This document shows positions 13,001-23,449 of a DNA stretch of 64,000 nucleotides, one piece after another. Position 1 is the stretch's first letter; each line of letters opens with the position of its first letter. The DNA is taken from positions 372,001 through 436,000 of the forward strand of contig NIVC01000481.1 of assembly GCA_002269645.1 (NCBI GenBank), given 5' to 3'. This DNA is from Macrostomum lignano. Lineage: Eukaryota. The notes under the pieces are model-generated. The model saw only the letters and a program-made list of their open reading frames with translations, did not search any database and was not told the DNA's origin. The translations under genes and the position numbers were made by a program.

Positions 13001-13884
13001 TTAAATTGAAGCTGATTGGCTGGTTCCTCAAACAATTAAATTGAAGCTGATTGGCTGGTTCCTCAACCTATTAAATTGAAGCTGATTGGCTGGTTCCTCA
13101 ACCTATTAAATTGAAGCTGATTGGCTGGTTCCTCAACCTATTAAATTGAAGCTGATTGGCTGGTTCCTCAACTTATTAAATTGAAGCTGATTGGCTGGTT
13201 CCTCAACCAGTTAAATTGAAGCTGATTGGCTGGTTCCTCAACCTTAAATTGAAGCTGATTGGCTGGTTCCTCAACCTATTAAATTGAAGCTGATTGGCTG
13301 GTTCCTCAACATTAAATTGAAGCTGATTGGCTGGTTCCTCAACCTATTAAATTGAAGCTGATTGGCTGGTTCCTCAACCTATTAAATTGAAGCTGATTGG
13401 CTGGTTCCTCAACCTATTAAATTGAAGCTGATTGGCTGGTTCCTCAACTTATTAAATTGAAGCTGATTGGCTGGTTCCTCAACCAGTTAAATTGAAGCTG
13501 ATTGGCTGGTTCCTCAACCCGTTAAATTGAAGCTGATTGGCTGGTTCCTCAACCCGTTAAATTGAAGCTAATTGGCTGGTTCCTCAACCCGTTAAATTGA
13601 AGCTGATTGGCTGGTCCTCAACCCATTAAATTGAAGCTGATTTGCTGGTTTCTGAACTCATTAAATTGAAGCTGATTGACTGGTTCCTCAACCTATTAAT
13701 TTGAAGCTGATTGGCTGGTTCTTCAACCAATAAATTGAAAGCTAATTGCCGGTGTACATTTAGATACAGCAATTCTTACCTTGCAATCCACCTGCTGCAC
13801 ATCAGGCGAATCAATAGCTACATCATTAAGCGAGTTCTGCAATTGAAAGTTCAACGGAGCAAGCCGACTTTTCTTGCCTGACAT
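10032..13884 (-). CDS. F-box domain protein with divergent beta-rich (possibly WD40-like) C-terminus, 4 exons, ~575 aa
   Basis: complement(join(10032..10289,10905..11399,11575..12444,13780..13884)); all three introns are phase 0 and GT-AG. Starts MSGKKSRLAPLNFQ. F-box motif LPPEVWHRIFSHV...LQRLRLVSTDWCHLI lies at the start of exon 2. The exon 2 donor (gtctgt) and exon 4 acceptor are less certain. Confidence 0.8.
10575..10830. repeat. Minisatellite, 29 bp unit CCTCAGACTAAGAGATCCCAACCGTGAGC (F-box intron 3)
   Basis: About 8 near-identical copies, with degenerate precursors from ~10470. Confidence 0.95.
12570..13745. repeat. Minisatellite, 35 bp unit ATTAAATTGAAGCTGATTGGCTGGTTCCTCAACCT (F-box intron 1)
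   Basis: About 33 copies filling most of the intron. Each carries AGCCAATCAGC on the minus strand. Confidence 0.97.
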
Positions 13885-15947
13885 TCTGTTGTCAAATAGC
13901 TAAGCTGAAATGAAAGACGTGGGGTAAAAAAAGATTCTACGATGCGTCTATTCATACTTCTAAAAGTAGAAAAGCATGCGTTTTTAGTAAATAAAACATC
14001 AAAGTCAGCGAGACTTCCGATTAACAATAATCACAAGCTATTGATATATAATTTCAATTTTTCTTGAATTACTCTTTAGTTTTCTACGTTAGCGAGTAGA
14101 TTATATCGCGAATATTAACTATTTTTTTTCATGTAAAAAGAGACGAGAAAGACTGCTAAGTAGCAACGCTGAAATTGGGCAGAACTATAAATAGTCATAC
14201 TCAAATCTATATTTGATGTTTTGCAAGCGCCAGTGTATTGTCTGTCAGAATCTATCGTGAAAACAAGATTGTAAGCGGCTACATATAGTGCAATAAAAGC
14301 TTTGCGATAAAACATTTTTATAAAAATATAATTTTGTTATAATGTAAAAATTGAAGCCCACTTCAAATTATTTAATTGGTTTATCAACGCAGTGTAACAC
14401 GCAGTTTTTATTAAATTATAGAATAAAAGCTGACAAAAAATAACAAATAAAACAAACGAGACTATACTTTCAGCATTAATGCATTTGTAGATTTGTTATA
14501 TATAATTATTAGACAGCATACGTGGCAAGCAGGGTATATTTCTAACGATTATTCTCTTCTAAGGCGAGTTTAAAGGCGAGCTCAAAGAATGATAACGGTT
14601 ATTTTTTAATAATGCTTATCACTAGCGTATCGCATAATAAAATATGTATACTTGTTAATTAAGAAAATATAACTGCGCGATCCATTAGATTATTTTCCAG
14701 CTGCGACTATTTAGAAACAAAAAATCGATTTTTGACGGGATTCCCAAACTTTTTCTCTCTGAATTGTAGGTCAGGCATGGGCGAGCCACGGCATAGCCAA
14801 ATAGAATCATGCGGCCACCTCGTGGGCTTTCTAGAAATTTCACTACAGCCTATGTACACTGAAAGAGACGTTTGTCATCAACCCCTGCCCCCTTATCTTA
14901 TCTCTTCTTATTGGCTGAAAAAATCGCACGTAGCATATGCAACAACCAATATTACTACTATCATCAGTAATATGATAATAAGTCTGTGCTGGCGTGTTGT
15001 CATTTGACGAAACAGCTGTCACGTGACTTGTGCTCAGAGTTAATCATAATTATCATTGTCACCTTGTCTCAGCAATATTCAGAAAATTATATATAGTAAA
15101 TTCTGTCGCGAAAAAAGGCAAATAAGCTTATAAAATTACTCAGTAGCAGCAGTAGTAGTATGTTGTGCAATTTTTCATAATTAATAAATATAATACACGG
15201 GAAAAGCAGGCTGAGAGACGTTCATACAAAAATCTGGTAAAACGTGTGTTGCGGGAAAGCCAGAAGCAATAAGGACACTAGTAAACATAATTCGAATATT
15301 TAATTATTCCACATACAATTTACTTGTACAAAATATTTTTCAATCTAATATGAACAGACAGAGTTTGGCCCACTTCGTCTAGCAAGTTCCCCCTCCCCTT
15401 GCAAACACCTTGATTAATTAGCACCAACATCAAGCATTTAGGCGATAATGATTAAAAATCGTATAAAAAAATCACCGCACAAAAGGATCAAATGAATTCG
15501 CTAGCTTCTTAATATGTGTAGTGACAAGCCATTTCAAGTTCCTCGGGTTTGCAGCTATAAACAATCATGGGGTAGAGATAGAACGAATTAATATTTCGAC
15601 TTATATACTACTGTTAAGAGTAATCACTAATCAGTCTAGCTCATAAAAAGTCAACAAAGTGACCATGAAAATAAAGTAGTTGTAGGGTTTGCTGTTCCCA
15701 AAAATAGGCCTCTTCGATTTTTCCTTTCAAAACAGCCGAGATGTAGACAAAAGTGACACTACTGGCTGATTGCTGAGCTGAGTTTCTCGACCTGCAAATT
15801 TTATTTTAAGTTAATTTGCAGGTAAACAGTGCAAATACAGTTCAATATTTATATTCCTACCGACGTTATGCAAATTCAGAAACGAAATAAAAATGTCAAT
15901 ATTTCTACTTACAGTAGACTGGTTACCTAAACTTAAAAAAATTAAGG

Positions 15948-18900
15948 TTAAACTAAATAATAATCAATTAAAATACGACTCACCCATTCAGTGGCTAGCT
16001 TAGGCGTATTAGCGTACAATCGAATCACTCGTTGATTAGATTTCACCAATTCAAAGAAGGCCGCCTCCGGCACTTTGCTCGGCGCGCCGGCCGGAGCGCG
16101 GCCGGACAGTCGGACAGAGTGCAACTCGGCCAGGCTGAGTTCGGACGCCCGGCTGCCCGACGGGTCACGATGAGCGTCCCAATAGCGCAGTTGATGACGC
16201 ACCGGATCGAGAACGAACTGCCTAGGCGCCCACTGTTTGAGCAGCTTTCCCTGCTTGTGCAGCGTCGCTTCGAGACTGCCAGACCCCAGCGTCGGTTTCG
16301 TAGAAAGCTGCATTGTTGACATTGTCGACGCCGGTCGTTTAGGCGGCGGCGGACGAATCGGCGGTCGCTGCGGAGTAGCCACAAACGGGGAGGCGGCAGA
16401 TTCGACATCTTCGGGTGAAGTTCTGGTCGGTTCCGGTGCTGAAGGAGTCGAAATCTGCGGCGGCGGAGGACGAACTGGCGGGGTTGGTCCTGACACCACC
16501 GATGCTGCCATCCCTGCCGCTGTTGTTGTGCTGGCCGCCGTTGATGTCACCGGCGTTGCAGCTGCAGAGGTGTTCAACAGTGCTCGTGAGAGCAGTTGCC
16601 GACTCTGGTCGATGTGCCACCGCTTGGCAGCGATTGCCGCCGCTGCCGCGTTTGCGTCTCCGCCGTCGGCGCCGCCTACGGCAATTAACGCCGACGGACT
16701 ATTTTGTCGACGTCTTCGTCGTTGGTGCCGTAGACGAATCGACGTCGCCTTACGATGCAGTCGATGCCAAACGTCTAGACAGTCGATACCATTGATGGCG
16801 GCCAGCTCTTCAATAGCGGAGCCCAGCTTGGATGCACCGTCGGCATAGTAGTTGTATCCTAGTTCGACCTCTTCATCGACGGCCTGTTGCTGTTGCTGTT
16901 GACGATCCAATTGCTGTTCGGCAGCTGCGGCCGCTTCGGCTGCTACGGCGGCGGCGTCTTTCATTGACGAAGCTGATTTGGCTTCGGTGGCGGCCAGGTG
17001 CCAGCGACGCTCCTGGCTGTACAGATCTGGGTCTGCGCTTGCACCGTAGGCGGCCTCTTCGCGAGTAAAATAGGTCCATCTGGATTTGTGAAAAAAACAA
17101 GGAATCCATTCACGTTTGGCGTGATTCTATTGGCTGTTAGGAGATGGCGTGATTCTATTGGCTGTGCGGTGCTGGCGTGATTCTATTGGCTGTACGGGGG
17201 TGGCGTGATTCTATTGGCTGTTAGGAGCTGGCGTGATTCTATTGGCTGTGCGGTGCTGGCGTGATTCTATTGGCTGTACGGGTGTGGCGTGATTCTATGG
17301 CTGTGCGATTCTATTGGCTGTTGGGAGCTGGCGTGATTCTATTGGCTGTGCGGGGCTGGTGTTATTCTATTGGCTATTCCTTATCTGTGATTTCAGAAAT
17401 TGCATTTGTATACCGTTGAAGCAGGGCCTGAGCAGTCACAGGTCGCAGCACAGCTGTCAGTCTCTGCTGTTTATTTTGTTTTCTACTTTGCCGATTAGCC
17501 GAGCCTTCGCCAGCAGCAGCCGCAGCCATTTCGGGAGCGTAGGCAAGATTTAGATATGCAGTAGATACTGCCATTTGCGTGTCTAAATAAGCCCAAAAAT
17601 CTGCGCTACCAATATCCGCATAGAGCCTATCGAGTTCGCAATTTCCTAGAAAGTTTGCAAATCTGCAGCCGACAGTGTGATAGGCCAAAGTAAGCAGGAA
17701 GTGCTGATTGAATTCAAACGACAACGGGAACTGATGAAGCAGCTGGTGGACGGAGTCTAGGAATAGGAGAAATACGGGCGCGAAGTGGCCGCTCTCGGGG
17801 CCTTTTAATCGGCCAAATCTGAAGCAAAGAAAAGAAATTATCTTTTATTTAACGGAAGTACCTATGTAGCTACCGGAATAGCCTATTTAGCTACTCAAAT
17901 GCCCGCAAATACTTAGCTACCTGATATGCGCCTACGTAGCTAGCTAAGGTGCCCATTCAGCCACCGCAAGCGCCATTCTAGCAACCGGAAGGGCTATTCT
18001 AACCACCGAAGTGCCATTTTAATAACCGGAAGCGCCATTCTAGCAACCGGAAGGGCTATTTTAACCACCGAAGTGAAATTCTAGCAACCAAAAGGGCTAT
18101 TCTAACCACCGAAGTGCTATTCTAGCAACCGGAAGGGCTATTCTAGCAACCGGAAGTGCCATTCTAGCAACCGAAAGGGCCATTCTAGCAACCGGAAGGG
18201 CTATTCTAGCAACCAGAAGGGCTATTCTAGCAACCGGAAGGGCTAATCTAGCAACCGGAAGGGCTATTCTAGCAACCGGAAGGGCTATTCTAGCAACCGG
18301 AAGGGCTCTTCTAGCAACCGGAAGGGCCATTCTAGCAACCGGAGGGCTATTCTAGCAACCGAAAGGGCCATTCTAGCAACCGGAAGGCCATTCTAGCAAC
18401 CGGAAGTGCCATTCTAGCAACCGGAAGGGCCATTCTAGCAACCGGAAGTGCCATTCTAGCAACCGGAAGGGCCATTCTAGCAACCGGAAGGGCCATTCTA
18501 GCAACCGGAAGGGCTATTCTAGCAACCGGAAGGGCTATTCTAGCAACCGGATTCTAGCAACCGGAAGGGCCATTCTAGCAACCGGAAGGGCCATTCTAGC
18601 AACCGGAAGGGCCATTCTAGCAACCAGAAGGGCTATTCTAGCAACCGGAAGGGCTATTCTAGCAACCGAAAGGGTTATTCTAACCATCAAAGTGGCATTT
18701 TAACAACCGGAAGTGCCATTCTAACAACCGGAAGGGCCATTCTAACCACCGAAGTGCCATTTTAACTACCGGAAGCGCCATTCTAGCCACCAAAGTGACA
18801 GTTTGACTATATAATGACTACAAAGTGCCTATAATGTAAGCACCATTATAGCAACCGGAAGTGCCCCTACTAGCCTCCGGAAGTGCTATTCTAGCAACCG

Positions 18901-21900
18901 GAAAGGACATTCTAGCAACACTCTATGCCACTCTAGCCACCGGAAGTGTCATTTTAGCCACAAAGTGCTATTCCATGAATCAGAACTAGAACAGATATCC
19001 CCTACCGGAAGTGCCAATGCCAATACTTTCCCACCTGGCATCAAACTGATGGCCAAACAGCAGCCAGTCCTTCTCCAACAGAGATCGAAAACCGGCAATA
19101 GTTCGGTAGTGCTGATCGAGCATGATCTGCGACAGCGACAGCACGGCAGCGGTGGAATCCCAGCCGTCTTCCAGCGCCAACAGAACCGAGCGAGCCTGAC
19201 AAGCCACAAGATTTACAACAGCGCCGGCTAAATCCAATAGGCATTGCACTAAACTCAACCATTTGGTGTCTTCAAAGGCGTGTAGGAAGCTTTTCTTAGA
19301 TTTGCCGGCCCCGCCGGTGGTCGAATAGAGCGGTAACGGTTTGCCAGGTAAGCAAACTTTAATTAGACGCTTGTACGAGTCGCGAATTGCGTGAGCTGTT
19401 GGATAATCGTCTATTGGTACCAGTTCCGCGCCTTCAATACGGTGAGCACGGATCTGCGGGTTCAGCAGCATTGATGACAATAATATAGTAGAGGAAAACA
19501 CTGACAGATATTCTAGAGAACAAGTGCGCTATTGGCTTAAATAGAGGGGAGGATTACGGATTTGAAATCGGGATTCTGTTTGGAGAGATCAGATAATGGG
19601 ATTAGAGAGTGGGATCAGAGAGATTAGAGATAGGGAATAGAGAGATTAGATTAGATAGCTATGGACTGGGGAAATTAGATAATGGGATTGAAGGGATTAG
19701 ATATCAGGATTAAGGATTGAGGTGAGAAGGTGAGGTGAGAAGAGAGATTAGAGATTCAAATTAGGATTAGATAATGAGATTGGGGGGGATTAGAGAGTGG
19801 GCTTAGAGAGATCAGATAGATTGGGATTGGGCAGATTAAACGATGGGATTGAACGGATTAGAGAGTAGGATTGGAGAGATTAGAGATTTGGATTAGAGAG
19901 ATTAAATCCTGGTACTGCAGAGATTAAACAAAAAAATCAAGATTAGACATTGAGATCAGATCAAGTTGAGTTGGATCGCGGACAGAAGCATACTGTGTAA
20001 TCCATATTCAAAATGACTATCATATTTTTAAAATTTGCCAACGCACCTTAGCAACAGCCGATCGATCAGTAAATATGTATAGATGAATTTTTGTTTGACT
20101 GCCGGAGCCAACAACCGGCTCAAGACTGGAGCTGGACAGGCGAGAGTCTGGGCCCATTGATGCCGGAGACCTGCTGCCTGTAGAGGGCAGTGTGGGGATG
20201 AGAGATTTTTATAGATTTTTATACATAATTAATTGCTCTCTTCAGGAGTACAGAGTGTGTAACATTTTAATTTGACATCTCCCTATCTCGCTATTCATCT
20301 TTTTCATATCACTGTTAATCTCACTCCCCAAATCTCACTGTCAATCTCACCCAAATCTCAGTGTCAACGTGACATAAATCTCACTGTCATCCCTCCCCAA
20401 ATCTCACCCAAAATCTCACTGTCAGTCTGTCCCAAATCTCACTGTCAACGTGACATAAATCTCACTGTCAACGTGACATAAATCTCACTGTCAACGTGAC
20501 ATAAATCTCACTGTCAATCTCACCCAAATCTCACTGTCCATCTCACCCAAATCTCACTGTCAATCTGACTCAAAATCACTGTCAATTTCACTCCAAATCT
20601 CACTCGCAATCACTCCCTAAATTTCACTCCCCAAATCTCATTGTCAATCTCAACCCAACTCTCACTCCAAATTTCACTGTCAATCTGACCCAAATCTCAC
20701 TGTTAATCTGACCCAAATATGACTGTCAATCTCACTCCCCAAATCTCACTGTCAATCTGACCCAAATCTCACTGTCAATCTGACCCAAATCTCACTGTCA
20801 ATCTGACTCAAAATCTCACTGTCAATTTCACTCCAAATCTCACTCGCAATCACTCCCTAAATTTCACTCCCCAAATCTCACTGTCAATCTGACCCAAATC
20901 TCACTGTCAACGTGACGTAAAACTCACTGTCAATCTCACCTAAATCTCACTGTCAATCTCTACTAAAATCTCACTGTCAATCTCACCCCAACTCTCACTG
21001 TCAATCTGACCCAAATCTCACTGTCAATCTGACCCAAATCTCACTGTCAATCTGACCCAAATCTCACTGTCAATCTCACCCAAATCTCACTGTCAATCTT
21101 ACCCAAATCTCACTGTCAATCTCACTCCCCAAATCTCACTGTCAATCTGACCCAAATCTCACTGTCAATCTGACCCAAATCTCACTGTCAATCTCACCCA
21201 AATCTCACTGTCAATCTTACCCAAATCTCACTGTCAATCTCACTCCCCAAATCTCACTGTCAATCTGACCCAAATCTCACTGACAATCTCACTCCCAAAT
21301 CTCACTGTCAATCTGACCCAAATCTCACTGTCAATCTGACCCAAATCTCACTGTTAACGTGACATAAATATCACTGTCAATCTCATCCAAATCTCACTGT
21401 CAATCTCACCCAAATCTCACCGTTAATCTCGCTCGAGTATATACACAAAGTATTGACATAAATACTGATTGATTGACGTACAGAATTTAATTGATAAAAC
21501 GCACTTTATTGACGCAGTCGCAAAAAAATTAGAGTTGCGCCAATTTAAAAGTTGACTCATAAAATTATTGTTATAAAACACGTAGATCTGTTACGGTTTC
21601 TAAGAAACGTTCAAAATAAGCTTTAATTATTATATTATTAAATAACCAATTGATTTAAAAATTAATCTGTCCGACTAACTTCGTTAAATACTCGAATATT
21701 TACTACAACTACTAGCTTTGATTTATACTACTTAGCTGCGTAGAAAATTAGTAGTACTTATTATAAATTTATATTGTAGTTTAAACGATAAAATTAAATC
21801 GCATTTGTAAAAGAATTAATCCGCTAGGAAGCAAACTACATGCGATACGGATATTGGCAAATATTGTAATATAGTCAATATTAATATTTCAATACCAAAG

Positions 21901-23358
21901 TTAAGCGTTAGATTCTTGTTGTTACGGTTAGATAATCCAAACGAAGAGCTCGCATCGCCACTAAGGGTTAGAGATCTGCCTAAATGATTAGCTTCATCAG
22001 CCTCCAATTTAGGCAGCTTCCCAGCATATTGATTTCTGTTAGGCTTGTTAGAAGCTCGCTGACGCGCTTTATGATCCCGTCGAGTTGCTGTCGCCGTAGC
22101 GGCAGTTTTCTTACGCCGTATTGTGGCAAAAAAGTTTGTTGTCCGTCTGATTGTGAGATTGAAGCTCTCAGATTCTGTGTGACATTGATCATTTCACGGC
22201 GGTAGTTTGGAATGGAATCACAGAATGTAGTAATTGATTATAACATATTGTGCGGCAAAACTGCTAAATTAGTTAATTGTTTATATAGATAAAAGCATGT
22301 GCAATTTAAGCTACTGATCAATATTAGTAGTATTTTGAATTTTATTCATTTATTTCACTCACAATCTTCCAGTAAAGTCGAACTGAGAAAAATAAGCTAT
22401 TTTCGGCGCCCCATAGAGTAGTTTGGCGCTGTACAGTCTATTATAATGCCAATATGACTAATCTGGTGCCCTATAAACTATATATTGGCGCCAATATGAC
22501 TAATCAGGCGCCCTATAAACTATATATTGGCGTCAATATGACTAATCTGGCGCCCTATAGACTATATTGGCGCCAATATGACTAATCTGGCGCCCCTATA
22601 GACTACTTTTGGCGCCAATATGACTAATCTGGCGCCCTATAGACTATATTAGCGCCAATATGACTAATCTGGCGCCCTATAGACTATACAAGCTGTTGAA
22701 ACCCGCGGATTTTGAACCCGGGGAATTCCAATACCCGGAACTACTTTTGCATGTATTCTGAAATCTAAGGCCATACACAAACAAAAACTTGTTAATAGTT
22801 AGTAGGATAGAGGTAGACATAAAATGGAGCACATTCGTGTAAAATTAGGGTTTGAGACATTGTTGGCTGGGGTACTGCGCAGAATGTCAGGCATTGTCTG
22901 TCTGACTCTAAAACATATATTGCTAAACTCTGGTCTCTCCCTGACTCTCCCTACGTCCCTTGGATCCTTTAAAATTTCTATCGTCTCTTTGTTTCCTCTC
23001 ATCTCTCTCGTCCCTCGTCTCTCCTCTCTCCCCTCTTCTCTCGTATCTTCCCTCATCTCTCTTCTCTTTCATCTCTCTTATCTCATCTCTTGTCTCTTCT
23101 TTTCTCTCTCCTCTCCTCTCTCCTCTCTACTTTTTCGTTTTCTCTCTCCTCTCCTCTCTCCTCTCTCCCCCTTTTCTCTCTTATCTTCCTTCTCCTTTCT
23201 ATTCTTTTCTCTCTTCTCTTAACTCTCTCCTCTACTCTCTCATCTCTCCCCTCTTTTCTCGTCTCTTCCCTCACCTCTTTTCTCTCTCGTCTTTGCTCTC
23301 TCATATTTCCTTTCTCTTCTTTTATCTTTTCTCTCTTATCTCTTCTCATTTCTCTCTG

Positions 23359-23449
<91 letters not shown>

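Noticed and set aside
12570-13745. CRISPR-like array (35-bp repeat)
   Set aside because: The units abut with no unique spacers, the context is a eukaryotic intron, and there are no cas genes.
16032-17180. Plus-strand and alternate-frame ORFs over the last Sbf exon
   Set aside because: Shadow ORFs of a GC-rich coding exon.
17117-17375. CRISPR-like repeat/spacer alternation
   Set aside because: The variable parts are only 8 nt and recur (ABCABC), so this is a higher-order tandem repeat.
19130-19160. Active myotubularin phosphatase
   Set aside because: The catalytic Cys and Arg of CX5R are absent (LEDGWDST).
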